Below, in pieces: positions 1 through 9,683 of a stretch of 64,000 nt of DNA (within the stretch, counting starts at the first letter, position 1; every line of letters begins with the position of its first letter). Where the stretch lies: assembly GCA_036267875.1 (NCBI GenBank), contig DATAVE010000064.1:3546-67545 (forward strand), given 5' to 3'. A program made the position numbers and the translations under genes. The stretch is from Mycobacteriales bacterium (GTDB lineage: Bacteria > Actinomycetota > Actinomycetes > JAFAQI01). Below the pieces are notes generated by a model that worked only from the letters and a program-made list of their open reading frames with translations, did no database searches and was not told the DNA's origin.

Positions 1-850
1 CGGCCCGCACCGTCGTATCGAAGCCGTGCTCCTCGACCGTCGCACCGACGACGAGCTCGCCGCTCTTGCGCGGTACGAGATAGATCTCGTGACCGTTGAC
101 GAAGCCGCGGACGCTGCGGGTGGGCAGTTCGACGTCACCGCGGGTGCGCAGTCGGAGGATCTCTCCCTTCACCGGGCGGACTGGTGGTCGGGCCGAGTCG
201 GGGACCCCCTCGATCTGGGACGACCACGGTCCGGCGGCGAGGAGGACCGTCGGCGCAGAAAGCGTTGAGCCATCGCCCAGCCCTACGCCGCTGACCTTGT
301 CGTCGATCACGTCGAGTGCGGCGACTCGGTCATGAACGACGGCCGGGCCGAGTGCGGCAATCAGCGCGTCGGTGAGGCGGCGGTTGTCGACGGAGTGGTC
401 GCTGGCGGCGAGCAGTCCGCAGCGGATGTCCGGGCTCAGGGCCGGCTCGAGCGCCCGGGCCTCGCGCGACGTGAGCATCGAGGCGTCGAGTCCGAGCGAG
501 GTCTGGAAGTCGTGCAGGTCGACGAGTATCGCGCGATCGCCCGAATCGGTCGCGACGAGCAGCGTGCCTTCCGTCCGCAGTCCGACCGAGTGGCCGGTAG
601 CGGCTTCGAGGTCTGCCACGAAGGCTGGGTAACGACGCAGTGACTCGAGTGCGAGCTCGAGCAGCGGCTCCTCGCCGTACTTCACCTCGGTGACCGGCGC
701 GAGCATCCCGGCTGCCACATGCGAGGCCGCACTGGCCGGCGCCGGGTCGACTACCGCGACGCTCAGGCCCCGTTGGGTCAGCCGCCAACCGCAGGCCAGA
801 CCGATGACGCCGCCGCCGATCACGACGACGTCGCACGACCCGTCATCCAT
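1..850 (-). CDS. thiO: Glycine oxidase ThiO (FAD-dependent oxidoreductase). The 3' end lies beyond the window edge
   Basis: Minus-strand translation from ATG (plus 850-848) reads MDDGSCDVVVIGGGVIGLACGWRL... with a GxGxxG dinucleotide fold. The frame stays open to position 1. It is absent from the ORF track only because no stop lies in the window. It sits directly downstream of a TPP riboswitch. Confidence 0.8.
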   Translation of the reverse strand, partial: MDDGSCDVVVIGGGVIGLACGWRLTQRGLSVAVVDPAPASAASHVAAGMLAPVTEVKYGEEPLLELALESLRRYPAFVADLEAATGHSVGLRTEGTLLVATDSGDRAILVDLHDFQTSLGLDASMLTSREARALEPALSPDIRCGLLAASDHSVDNRRLTDALIAALGPAVVHDRVAALDVIDDKVSGVGLGDGSTLSAPTVLLAAGPWSSQIEGVPDSARPPVRPVKGEILRLRTRGDVELPTRSVRGFVNGHEIYLVPRKSGELVVGATVEEHGFDTTVRA

Positions 851-852
851 GG

Positions 853-945
853 CGACACGACTCCCTTCGCCGGCATTACCCGGATCAGGTTCAGCGGTCG
901 ACGGCTGTCGCCGTCCTCTCAGCCAAGTGGCTCCCGCGCAGACGC
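853..945 (-). promoter_or_regulatory. TPP (thiamine pyrophosphate) riboswitch in the thiO leader, ending at the start codon
   Basis: Reverse complement reads ...GGGAGCCACUUGGCUGAGAGG...GCUGAACCUGAUCCGGGUAAUGCCGGCGAAGGGAGUCGUGUCGCC-AUG. It carries the UGAGA box and the ACCUGAUC(C/U)GG(G/A)UAAUGCC(A/G)GCGAAGGGA core of the THI element. The AAGGGAG Shine-Dalgarno lies inside the aptamer 3' strand, suggesting translational control. Confidence 0.75.
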
Positions 946-971
946 CACGGTACGCCCGTAGGGTTGGCGAT

Positions 972-1322
972 GTGGAGCTCGTCGAACTCAGCGCGGAGTG
1001 GCTGACCATTGGCGACCTCGCTGTCCGCCTCGAACAGCGGCCGAGTCGCATCAAGGACCTGATCCGCGAGCGGAAGCTCGTCGTGGTCGATGTCGGTGAC
1101 CCGCCGAAGCCGAGCGTACCGATCGAGTTCCTTCACGACGGCGAGCTGATCAAGGGCCTGCCCGGTGCGCTGACGGTTCTTGCCGACGCGGGCTACTCGC
1201 CAGAACAGGCGGTGCGCTGGCTGCTCACCGAGAACGATCTGCTTCCCGGGCGACCGGTCGACTACATGGCCGCCGGGCGGCACACCGCGGTCAAGCGGGT
1301 CGCCATGTCCCTGGCGTTCTAG
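972..1322 (+). CDS. Rv2175c-family DNA-binding protein (small winged-HTH regulator)
   Basis: ORF 690..1322 trimmed to a GTG at 972, because the upstream part would overlap the riboswitch and thiO start. The C-terminus ...[35 protein letters not shown] matches the conserved LPGLLTIL.DGGY...RWLFT.D core of M. tuberculosis Rv2175c as I recall it. Confidence 0.55.
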   Translation: MELVELSAEWLTIGDLAVRLEQRPSRIKDLIRERKLVVVDVGDPPKPSVPIEFLHDGELIKGLPGALTVLADAGYSPEQAVRWLLTENDLLPGRPVDYMAAGRHTAVKRVAMSLAF

Positions 1323-1327
1323 CCGGC

Positions 1328-1969
1328 GTGGATCGCCGGACCAGGCTCGCTGACGCGAGGCTGTATCTCTGCACGGATGGCCGCCGCGATCGTGGTGACC
1401 TTGCGGACTTCCTCGACGCCGCGCTGGCTGGCGGGGTCGACATCGTCCAGCTGCGCGAGAAGGGTCTCGAAGCGCGCGAAGAGCTCGCCCTCGCCGAGGT
1501 GTTCGCGGATGCTGCGCGGCGTCACGGCGCGTTGTTCGCCGTGAATGACCGCGCCGACATTGCACGCGTCTGCGGCGCCGACGTGCTGCATGTCGGGCAG
1601 GGCGACCTGCCCGCAGACATCGCCCGCGAGCTTGTCGGCGACGATGTCCTGATCGGTCTCTCGTCGCACACCAACGACGAGGCGACCGCAGCTGCTACTT
1701 CGGCGGCTGTCGACTACTTCTGCGTCGGCCCGACCTGGCCGACACCGACCAAGCCAGGTCGGCCCGCGCCCGGCCTTCCGCTCGTCGCGCACACGGCCGG
1801 TCTTGCTGCCGACAAGCCCTGGTTCGCCATCGGCGGGATCGACCAAACGAACCTCGACCAGGTCATCCAGGCAGGTGCTCGCCGGATCGTCGTCGTGCGC
1901 GCCATCACCGAGGCCGAGAACCCGAAGGTGGCCGCGCAGTATCTCGCGCAGCGCGTCCGCGGCGCATGA
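1328..1969 (+). CDS. thiE: Thiamine-phosphate synthase ThiE
   Basis: 213 aa with a TIM-barrel ThiE-like sequence (…VDIVQLREK…[12 protein letters not shown]…FAIGGID…). Its stop overlaps the crtYc start (ATGA). Confidence 0.85.
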   Translation: MDRRTRLADARLYLCTDGRRDRGDLADFLDAALAGGVDIVQLREKGLEAREELALAEVFADAARRHGALFAVNDRADIARVCGADVLHVGQGDLPADIARELVGDDVLIGLSSHTNDEATAAATSAAVDYFCVGPTWPTPTKPGRPAPGLPLVAHTAGLAADKPWFAIGGIDQTNLDQVIQAGARRIVVVRAITEAENPKVAAQYLAQRVRGA

Positions 1970-2280
1970 CCTATCTGCTCGTGATGGCGGGCTGCGCCGT
2001 CGTCACCCTTCCGCTGGAGCTCGTCCTACGGGCCCGCGTGTATGCGCGCTGGCGTCGCTTGCTGCTCACCTTGCTGCCGGTGCTCGCGGTCTTCGTCACG
2101 TGGGATGCACTGTCGATCCACGCCGGCTTCTGGAGCTATCGGCACCTGACCGGCGTACGGATCGGCAACCTGCCGATCGAAGAGCTGGTCTTCTTCGTCG
2201 TCGTACCGGTCTGTTCACTGCTGACGTTCGAGGCGGTGCGCCGGCTCCGTCCGTCGTGGTTCGGCGAGGACGACGAGTGA
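1966..2280 (+). CDS. crtYc: Lycopene cyclase domain protein, heterodimeric lycopene beta-cyclase subunit CrtYc
   Basis: 104-aa polytopic membrane protein with the PxE(E/D) motif ([13 protein letters not shown]). Overlapping start/stop codons with the second ~108-aa subunit. Confidence 0.7.
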   Translation: MTYLLVMAGCAVVTLPLELVLRARVYARWRRLLLTLLPVLAVFVTWDALSIHAGFWSYRHLTGVRIGNLPIEELVFFVVVPVCSLLTFEAVRRLRPSWFGEDDE

Positions 2281-2603
2281 CCTACACCGATGCGGCCGCG
2301 ATCGGTGTGGCCTTCGCCGTTGCCCTCGATCTGGTGGTGCTGCGGACGAATCTGTTGCGCCGCAAGGGATTCTGGGCCTCCTACGCCATCATCATCTGCT
2401 TCCAGCTCCTCGTGAACGGCATCCTCACCGGCGACAAGCTCGTCGTCTATTCGCCGCACGCGATCCTTGGCAACGCGACGCCTCACCTGTTCGGCGACTG
2501 GCGAATCGCCGATGGTCCGGTCGAGGACCTGCTGTTCGGCTTCTCTCTCGTCGTACAGACGCTGTCGTGGTGGACCTGGTGGGGCCGCCGTGCCCCGCAA
2601 TGA
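2277..2603 (+). CDS. crtYd: Lycopene cyclase domain protein, subunit CrtYd
   Basis: GTG at 2277 overlaps the crtYc stop (GTGA). Membrane protein with a second PxE(D) motif (GPVEDLLFGF). The ORF-track entry 1803..2603 is the same frame extended 5'. Confidence 0.7.
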   Translation: MTYTDAAAIGVAFAVALDLVVLRTNLLRRKGFWASYAIIICFQLLVNGILTGDKLVVYSPHAILGNATPHLFGDWRIADGPVEDLLFGFSLVVQTLSWWTWWGRRAPQ

Positions 2604-3651
2604 CGCGCTGCATGCCGCGCGGCTGACCGCACAGTTGCTTGCGGGCGACAAGGTCGGTACGCCGGAAGCCGTAGTCGAACGGGTGCTCGCCGTCCAGGGC
2701 CAGGATCCGCGCGGCTTTCGGCTAGCGATTCGCGCGCGGTCGGCCGGGCTGTCCGCGGCGGATGTCGACTCGGCGCTGACCGATCGACGATCGCTCGTCG
2801 TCACCTGGCTCAACCGGGGCACGCTGCACCTCGTCCGAGCAGAGGACTACTGGTGGCTGCATCCATTGACCACCCCGCAGCTCACAACCGGCAGTGAGAC
2901 CCGGCTTCGCCAGGAGGGTGTGTCGCCGATTCAGGCCGAGCGTGGTGTCGAGATCATCGCGGCCGAGGTCGCGCGTGGCCCGCGGACTCGTGACGAGCTG
3001 CGGGACGCGCTGGACAACGCGGGCATTGTCACCGCCGGACAGGCGACCTATCACCTGCTCTTCCTCGCGGCGCTGCGCGGCGACCTGGTGCGAGGACCGA
3101 TGCGTGGCAATGAGCAGGCGTTCGTCGGCGCCGTGGACTGGTTGGGTCCGGCGCCTGAGCCGTTGGAGCGATCGGAGGCTCTCGCAACGCTCGCCCTGCG
3201 CTACCTCGCGGGCCACGGTCCGGCGGCCGCCCAGGACCTGGCGAAGTGGGCGGGGATCACCTTGCGTGATGCCCGAGCCGGGCTTGCCGCGGGGGACGGT
3301 GTCGTCGAGATCTCAGACGGCCTGTTCGGCCTTGCTGATCGAGAGCAACCTGCGCCCATCCCGTCGCCGCGGTTGCTCGGACCCTTCGACCCGCTCCTGC
3401 TCGGATGGGCATCGCGCGCCGACGTCGTCGGCCTTGCGACGGGCCTCGTCACGAACAATGGCCTGTTCCGGCCCTTTGCGATGGTCGGCGGCCGGGCCGT
3501 CGCCACCTGGGGCCTAGCCGGCGGCAAGGTCGAGATCAAGCTGTTTGAGCCCATCAAGGTCTCTGCGCAAAAGGCGCTGATGGCAGACGCGCGCGACGTG
3601 CTTCGCTACCTGAGTCTTCCCGATGCGGATGGCACATGCGTACTGCCATAG
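2590..3651 (+). CDS. Winged-helix DNA-binding domain protein (YcaQ / DUF1006 family, putative DNA glycosylase)
   Basis: The ORF 2467..3651 C-terminal body resembles the YcaQ crosslink-repair glycosylase family. Start placed at GTG 2590, overlapping the crtYd stop. Confidence 0.5.
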   Translation: MPRNDALHAARLTAQLLAGDKVGTPEAVVERVLAVQGQDPRGFRLAIRARSAGLSAADVDSALTDRRSLVVTWLNRGTLHLVRAEDYWWLHPLTTPQLTTGSETRLRQEGVSPIQAERGVEIIAAEVARGPRTRDELRDALDNAGIVTAGQATYHLLFLAALRGDLVRGPMRGNEQAFVGAVDWLGPAPEPLERSEALATLALRYLAGHGPAAAQDLAKWAGITLRDARAGLAAGDGVVEISDGLFGLADREQPAPIPSPRLLGPFDPLLLGWASRADVVGLATGLVTNNGLFRPFAMVGGRAVATWGLAGGKVEIKLFEPIKVSAQKALMADARDVLRYLSLPDADGTCVLP

Positions 3652-3673
3652 CGATACCTATGTGCCATGCGCT

Positions 3674-4600
3674 CTAGCGGGCGCGGCGAGCTCGTACGAC
3701 GGCGGGACCCGCGACCGCGAGGCGTCGTGGGGTGCTGACGGCCGCGCGTCGGTCGAGCACTCGGTAGCCGGACCGCTCGACCGCATCGAGGATGCCGCGA
3801 TAGAGCCGGAACGCCGTACGCACGCAGTCGCGCGACGCCGGTCGGAGCAACTCGATCCCCGGCTCGGCGGATCGGTAAAGCTCGTGCGCGCGGCTGATCT
3901 CGAATGCCAGCAGCGCCTTGATGTTTGCGTCGATCTTGCGAGCACCCAGGTCATCCGTTGTCACTCCGAACGCCGCGAGGTCCTCCTTCGGCAGATACAC
4001 CCGGCCGCGGTCGAGGTCCTCACCGAAATCGCGGATGAAGTTCGTCAGCTGGAACGCGAGGCCGAGAGTGCGGGCATACGGCTCCGCGTCGGCCTTGGCA
4101 CCGCGCACCGTGCCCAGGACAGGGACGAGCTGTGATCCGATCGCCGCTGCGGAGCCGTTCATGTAGCCGAGCAGGTCTTCCCACGTCGCGTACTCAGACG
4201 TCGTGAGATCCATCCGCATCGACGCCAGGAAGTCGTCGAACGGCCCGAGCGGGATGTTGTTGCGGACGATCGTGTCGTGCACTGCCGGCATCACTGGATC
4301 CGAGCCGGTGCCACGCACCAGCATGTTCGTCCACTCGGTGAGCTGTCGCTCGCGCTCAGCAACATCGAGTGCCGGATCTATCGAGTCGACGATCTCGTCA
4401 GCGCGCCGCGCGAACCCGTACAACGCGTGCACCGGCGGTCGCTTCGCCGGTGGAAGCAGCAGCGTCGCGAGATAGAAGGTGCGGCCGTGGGCTGCGTTGA
4501 CCGCGCGGCACGCGCGGTACGACGCGCGGAGCTGCGGGTCGTTGATCCCGGCCGCGTCGAGGGCTCGCCACAGGTTCATCTCTGACTCAGCTTCACGCAA
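3674..4600 (-). CDS. crtB: Phytoene synthase CrtB (squalene/phytoene synthase family)
   Basis: 308 aa ...YLATLLLPPAKRPPVHALYGFARRADEIVD... with typical trans-IPPS head-to-head motifs. Start overlaps the crtI stop. Confidence 0.85.
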   Translation of the reverse strand: MREAESEMNLWRALDAAGINDPQLRASYRACRAVNAAHGRTFYLATLLLPPAKRPPVHALYGFARRADEIVDSIDPALDVAERERQLTEWTNMLVRGTGSDPVMPAVHDTIVRNNIPLGPFDDFLASMRMDLTTSEYATWEDLLGYMNGSAAAIGSQLVPVLGTVRGAKADAEPYARTLGLAFQLTNFIRDFGEDLDRGRVYLPKEDLAAFGVTTDDLGARKIDANIKALLAFEISRAHELYRSAEPGIELLRPASRDCVRTAFRLYRGILDAVERSGYRVLDRRAAVSTPRRLAVAGPAVVRARRAR

Positions 4601-6071
4601 CCGCCCCGACGATTCGCTCTGCGGCCAGGCGCCCCGACATCAGCACCATGGGCACTCCGACACCCGGCTGGGTGCCGGTCCCGACGAAGACGACGTTGTC
4701 GAAGGCGAGGTTGCTGGGGCGGAACGGTCCGGTCTGGCCGAAGCTGTGGGCGATCGAGAACGGCGTGCCGTGCGCCAGACCCCGCCCGGCCCAGTCGGCC
4801 GGGGTGGTCCACGACTCGGCTTCGATGGCGTCACCGAATCCGGTGTAACCGAGCGTCTCGAGGCGATTCACGACCCGGTTACGGTAGCCCTCTCGGGTTG
4901 CGCCCCAGTCAACCGGTCCGTCCAGATTGGGCGTCGGCACCAGCACGTACCAGGACGACTTGCCGGCTGGCGCGAGCATTGGATCGGTGACCGTCGGCGC
5001 GGACACGAGCAGCGAGGGATCGGTGGCTGTCACCCGCTCGTCGATCAGCTCGCGGAACGTCTCGCGCCATGCCGCGCCGAAGTGGATCGTGTGATGCGCC
5101 TGACCGATCTGCGGCAAGGACGAGCCGGCGAGCATCAGCGCGCACGATGGCGCGTGCTGCATCCGGGCGAGGCGCCGTGGCGCGCTACCCGACGGCAGCA
5201 ACTCCCATGCAGTCGGCAGGTCGGCGTTGAGGACGACGACATCGGCGGTGATTCGCTCACCCGACTCGGTGTGGACTGCGACGGCCCGCGACCCCGCCAT
5301 CTCCACTCGGGTCACGGTCGTGTCGTAACGAAGCTCGACGCCGTGCTTCGTTGCGGCGCCCGCCAGGGCGACCGGCACGGCGTGCATCCCACCGTCGGGA
5401 AACCACACACCTGCGATGCAGTCCATGTAGGCGATGACGGCAAAGATCGCCAGCGCGTCGTACGGCGAGCGGCCGGCATACATCGCCTGGAACGTGAAGA
5501 TCCGGCGGAGTCGCTCGTCGTCGAAGAAGCTCCCGACCTTCGCGTCGAGGCGCCGGAACCCACCGAGCGCCACAAGCCGCGCAAGTGACGGACGTAACAA
5601 GTCGAGCGGACCGTCGAGGTTGCGATCGATGAAGTCCCGACGCTCCAAGTCGTAGAGCCGTCGCGCGTAGTGGGCGAACCGCCGGTAGCCGGCAGCATCC
5701 TTGGGGCCGATCACCGACGCGAGCTGATCACTCATCGCGTCGACATCGGCGATGACGTCGAGCTGTGAACCGTCGGCGAACCGCGCTCGATACGCAGGCT
5801 CGACGCGGCGCAATGTCAGCCAGTCATCGACGTTCTCGCCGACACAGTGCAGCGCCTCGGCGATCAGCTCCGGCATCGTCAGAACCGTCGGCCCGGTGTC
5901 GAAGCGAAAGCCGTCGATGGTGAGCTGGCCGGCGCGCCCACCCGGAATGGACTCGCGCTCCAGCACCGTCACTGTTCGTCCGGCGCCGGCGAGGCGCAGC
6001 GCCGTCGACAACCCGCCGAGACCTGCGCCGACGACCACTACATGGTCGGTCGGCCCGCTGACCGTTCGCAC
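4593..6071 (-). CDS. crtI: Phytoene desaturase CrtI
   Basis: 492 aa with N-terminal VVVVGAGLGGLSTALRLAGAG (FAD fold). CrtI-family length and C-terminal motif. Confidence 0.85.
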   Translation of the reverse strand: MRTVSGPTDHVVVVGAGLGGLSTALRLAGAGRTVTVLERESIPGGRAGQLTIDGFRFDTGPTVLTMPELIAEALHCVGENVDDWLTLRRVEPAYRARFADGSQLDVIADVDAMSDQLASVIGPKDAAGYRRFAHYARRLYDLERRDFIDRNLDGPLDLLRPSLARLVALGGFRRLDAKVGSFFDDERLRRIFTFQAMYAGRSPYDALAIFAVIAYMDCIAGVWFPDGGMHAVPVALAGAATKHGVELRYDTTVTRVEMAGSRAVAVHTESGERITADVVVLNADLPTAWELLPSGSAPRRLARMQHAPSCALMLAGSSLPQIGQAHHTIHFGAAWRETFRELIDERVTATDPSLLVSAPTVTDPMLAPAGKSSWYVLVPTPNLDGPVDWGATREGYRNRVVNRLETLGYTGFGDAIEAESWTTPADWAGRGLAHGTPFSIAHSFGQTGPFRPSNLAFDNVVFVGTGTQPGVGVPMVLMSGRLAAERIVGAVA

Positions 6072-6079
6072 GCCGTCTG

Positions 6080-7168
6080 CTAGCGCTTTCCGAAGCCCGC
6101 AGCGGCGCTGGCCAGTCCGATCAGTCGGCTGCGTCCCGCCCGCTGTGTCTCGGTGCTCGCGACGGGAGCGTCGTTCAGCGCGTCGTGGGCGTCGCTCAGG
6201 CGCGCGGTGATCATCGTCATCACTTCGTCGGCCGCCCCCGAGTCCCTGATGATGCGGCGCAGGTGGTCGATCGCCTCCTCGCCGAGGTCAGGCCTCCCGA
6301 GGCTCGCGCGGAGCAGTTCAGCCTCCTGGTCCGATGCACGTTCGAGGGCCAACGCCGTGAGGACGGTCTGCTTGCCTTCCCGCAGGTCGTCGCCAGCCGG
6401 CTTGCCGGTCACAGTCGGGTCCCCGAAGACTCCGAGCATGTCGTCGTTGAGCTGGAAGGCTTCGCCGACCGGAATGCCGAACCGTGTGAAGGTTTCGGCG
6501 TACGCCGGATCCGCGCCCGCGATCGCGGCACCTAGATGCAGCGGTCGCTCGACCGTGTACTTCGCCGACTTCAGCCGCGCGACCCGCAGGGCACGCTCCA
6601 CGGTCGTCGCTCCGCGGGCTTGCTCGACGATGTCGAGGTACTGGCCGGCCATGACCTCCGTTCTCATCTTGGCCGACACCGGTTGCGCTCGCCGTAGGGC
6701 CTCGTCGTGCAGGCCACTCGTTGCGAACATCTCCTCGGACCAGGCCAACAGGACGTCGCCAAGCAGGATTGCGGCCGCGGCGCCGAAGTCGTCAGCGTCG
6801 CCGGCCCAACCGGCCGTGTCGTGCAACGACGCGAAGCGCCTGTGGACGGCCGGCCGGCCCCGGCGGGTGTCGCTGTGGTCGATCACGTCGTCGTGGACCA
6901 GCGCGCAGGCTTGGAGCAGCTCGAGGCTCGCGGCTGCTCGCACGAGTGCGTCAGAGTCGGGCGCCCCGGCGTACAACGCACCCCAGTAGCAGAACGCAGG
7001 GCGCAGCCGTTTGCCAGCATCGAGGACGAACTCGCTCGCCGCGTCGGCGACCGGCGATAGTTCGTCGCCCAGATCACGAAGGCCGGACGTTGCGTTGCCG
7101 ACGAACTCGTCCAGCGCGTTGTCGACGCGCTCTTTGAGGTCATCGCTCACCTGCCGAGCATCTCCCAC
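6080..7168 (-). CDS. crtE: Polyprenyl (geranylgeranyl) diphosphate synthase CrtE/IdsA
   Basis: 362 aa with two aspartate-rich motifs ([11 protein letters not shown] and [13 protein letters not shown]). GTG start. Confidence 0.85.
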   Translation of the reverse strand: MGDARQVSDDLKERVDNALDEFVGNATSGLRDLGDELSPVADAASEFVLDAGKRLRPAFCYWGALYAGAPDSDALVRAAASLELLQACALVHDDVIDHSDTRRGRPAVHRRFASLHDTAGWAGDADDFGAAAAILLGDVLLAWSEEMFATSGLHDEALRRAQPVSAKMRTEVMAGQYLDIVEQARGATTVERALRVARLKSAKYTVERPLHLGAAIAGADPAYAETFTRFGIPVGEAFQLNDDMLGVFGDPTVTGKPAGDDLREGKQTVLTALALERASDQEAELLRASLGRPDLGEEAIDHLRRIIRDSGAADEVMTMITARLSDAHDALNDAPVASTETQRAGRSRLIGLASAAAGFGKR

Positions 7169-7227
7169 GGGCGGACTGGTTCGACAATCCAGGTCAGGTT
7201 GCGGCTCGATTCACCGATACTGAACAG

Positions 7228-8157
7228 GTGCCAGCCCAATCGATGAGCCGGGTAGCAGACCGCACGCCGGCAACCCGCATGACGATCCGCGACCTGCTCG
7301 CGAGCGGCACCCGGTCCTACTCCTTCGAGTTCTTTCCGCCCAAGACGCCGGATGGCGAGCGCACGCTCTGGCAGGCGCTGCGCGAAGTCGAGGCGCTGCA
7401 CCCGACTTTCGTGTCGGTGACGTACGGCGCGGGCGGATCGACCCGAGACCACACCGTCTCGATCACGGAGCGAATCGCCTCGGAGACCACGCTCACGGCG
7501 GTCGGCCACCTCACCGCGGTCAACCACTCCGTCGCCGAGCTCCGTCATGTCATCGGCCAGTACGCCGATGCCGGCATCCGCAACGTGTTGGCTCTGCGCG
7601 GTGACCCGCCAGGCGATCCGCAGGCGGAGTGGCTCGCCCACCCCGAGGGCGTCAGCTACGCGTCGGACCTGGTGAAGCTGATCCGCGAGTCCGGCGACTT
7701 CTGCGTCGGCGTCGCGGCCTTCCCGGAGAAGCACCCGCGTTCGCCTGACTTCGACACCGACGTTCAGTGGTTCGTCAACAAGTGCCGCGCTGGTGCCGAC
7801 TTCGCGATCAGCCAGTTCTTCTTCCGCGCGGAGGACTACCTGCGGCTGCGCGACCGCGTCGTCGCCGCCGGCTGCGAAGTTCCGATCCTGCCGGGGATCA
7901 TGCCGGTCACGAACGTGTCGCAGATCGAGCGTTTCGCGGTGCTGTCGAATGCGGTGTTCCCGACTGAGCTCGCCGAGCGGTTGCACGCAGTCGAGGACGA
8001 TGCAGCCGCTGTGCGGGCGATCGGCGTCGAGGTTGCTACCGAGATGTGTGAGCGACTACTTGCCGAGGGCGCACCGGGCCTGCACTTCGTCACGCTCAAC
8101 CGGTCGACGTCGTCGAGAGAGATCTACCAGCAGCTGGGTCTAGCGACCCGCCCGTAG
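7228..8157 (+). CDS. metF: 5,10-methylenetetrahydrofolate reductase MetF
   Basis: ...[15 protein letters not shown]... and conserved MTHFR motifs. An alternative start at ATG 7279 (MTIRDLL) is possible. Confidence 0.85.
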   Translation: MPAQSMSRVADRTPATRMTIRDLLASGTRSYSFEFFPPKTPDGERTLWQALREVEALHPTFVSVTYGAGGSTRDHTVSITERIASETTLTAVGHLTAVNHSVAELRHVIGQYADAGIRNVLALRGDPPGDPQAEWLAHPEGVSYASDLVKLIRESGDFCVGVAAFPEKHPRSPDFDTDVQWFVNKCRAGADFAISQFFFRAEDYLRLRDRVVAAGCEVPILPGIMPVTNVSQIERFAVLSNAVFPTELAERLHAVEDDAAAVRAIGVEVATEMCERLLAEGAPGLHFVTLNRSTSSREIYQQLGLATRP

Positions 8158-8159
8158 GG

Positions 8160-9683
8160 CTATCGGCGCAGTCGTAGGTCGCGGGCGACGACTCGCGCCG
8201 CCGATCTTCCGCTGGCGCCCCAGACGCCGCCGCCCGGATGGGTCGATGCGCCGCAGACGTAGACGCCGCGATGTGGCGTGCGATACGCCGACCAGCCCGG
8301 CAACGGTCGGAACGCGAACATGGCGTCCAGCTCACTCTCGACGTGCATGACGTTGCCGGAGTGCAGGCCGAGCTCCGTCTCGAGATCCACCGGAGTCTGG
8401 ATGTGACGGTCGATGACACCGGCAGCAAAGCCGGGCGCCCATCGTTCGACGGTGGCGAGCAGCCGGTCGCCGATTCGCTCGCGCTCGCTGTCCCAGTCAC
8501 CGACGCGGAGCTCGCGCGGATGCCACTGCGCCCACACGGTCACGACGTGCTGTCCGGCAGGCGCGAGGGTCGAGTCGGTCGCACTTGGCGTCATCACGAT
8601 CAACGGCGGATCCTGCGATGCCTCGCCTCGCAGGAAGTCGCCATACGCCGCGCGCAACTGGCCGGGGGAGTCGACGAGCAGCTGCATCGCCGTATGAGCT
8701 CCCGGCACCTCCACGGCATACGTCGGAAGCCGGTCGGTCAGCAGCCGCATCACCATGCCGAGGCCGTCGCCGATTCGGATCTGTCGCCCCGCGTCGTCGT
8801 CACCGAGTAGTCGAGTGGTGTCTGCGATGTGGCATGCGGCGAGTACCGCGCGTGCGGGCAGCTCCTCGCCTGACTGTGTTGCAACTGTGCAACCGCCGCG
8901 TTGTCGGGGTGCGATCGACGTGACCGGGTCGGCGACGCGGATCGTTGCGCCGTAGGACCTGAGCCGGTCGGCGAGTGCATCGCTGAGCCGCCCGCTCCCA
9001 CCGCGTGGCCGTCCCGCTGCTCGCATATGAAACAGCGCTGCGGTGCCCGCCATCGGCGCCGTCCCTACAGCGTGCGGCGGCGGCCCCGACTGCGCCGCCC
9101 ACCAGCCGAGCGCTGCCCGCAGTCGTGGGTCGTCGAAGCGACGAGCAAGTGCCGACTCAGCGGGCTCGACGAACTCTCGTGCGAGCTGGGTCGCGCCGCC
9201 GTCGCGTCCGCGCATGAGTGACCAGCCGCGACGGCCCAATGCGCCTGGCGTCGGGGCAACGGCCGCGACGTCGAGGAACCAGCGCATCCGCGGGGTCCAC
9301 TCCTCGATGAAGGAGCGGTACGCCGCGGCGTCCTTCGAGCCACACGTCGCCTCGATCGACGTACACGTCGAGTCGAGGTCGCCCGAGAAGCGCAGCGGCC
9401 CGTCGGGATGAGGCAGGACCGCCCAGGGTTCGACGTCGTCGTAGACGAGCCCGACGTCCGCGAGTGCGAGCTCCTCGACGATGCCGGTGTGGCGGACCAT
9501 GACGTGGATGCTCGACCCGCGGTCGACTCGCACGCCCGGCCATCGCTCGACCGTGGAGACCGCGCCACCGATCACGGTGTCGCGCTCGACGACCTCCACG
9601 TCGTATCCCGCCTTGGCGAGGTAGCAAGCCGCGATGAGCCCGTTGTGGCCAGCGCCCACGACCACCACGTCGCGCCGCGTCAG
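8160..9683 (-). CDS. CrtI-family NAD(P)/FAD-dependent oxidoreductase (phytoene desaturase family; possibly a carotenoid ketolase or desaturase)
   Basis: VVVVGAGHNGLIAACYLAKAGYDVEVVERDTVIGGA fold, ~500 aa. The ORF-track 5' extension overlaps the GNAT gene. Start is uncertain: CTG 9683 or GTG 9668. Confidence 0.7.
   Translation of the reverse strand: MTRRDVVVVGAGHNGLIAACYLAKAGYDVEVVERDTVIGGAVSTVERWPGVRVDRGSSIHVMVRHTGIVEELALADVGLVYDDVEPWAVLPHPDGPLRFSGDLDSTCTSIEATCGSKDAAAYRSFIEEWTPRMRWFLDVAAVAPTPGALGRRGWSLMRGRDGGATQLAREFVEPAESALARRFDDPRLRAALGWWAAQSGPPPHAVGTAPMAGTAALFHMRAAGRPRGGSGRLSDALADRLRSYGATIRVADPVTSIAPRQRGGCTVATQSGEELPARAVLAACHIADTTRLLGDDDAGRQIRIGDGLGMVMRLLTDRLPTYAVEVPGAHTAMQLLVDSPGQLRAAYGDFLRGEASQDPPLIVMTPSATDSTLAPAGQHVVTVWAQWHPRELRVGDWDSERERIGDRLLATVERWAPGFAAGVIDRHIQTPVDLETELGLHSGNVMHVESELDAMFAFRPLPGWSAYRTPHRGVYVCGASTHPGGGVWGASGRSAARVVARDLRLRR

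Noticed and set aside
330-836. 168-aa minus-strand ORF at the window start
   Set aside because: It is an out-of-frame shadow of the true thiO reading frame, which runs open from 850 to position 1 and has clear FAD-oxidase homology
7147-7986. 279-aa ORF antisense to metF
   Set aside because: It overlaps metF completely. metF has strong homology, and the antisense ORF has none
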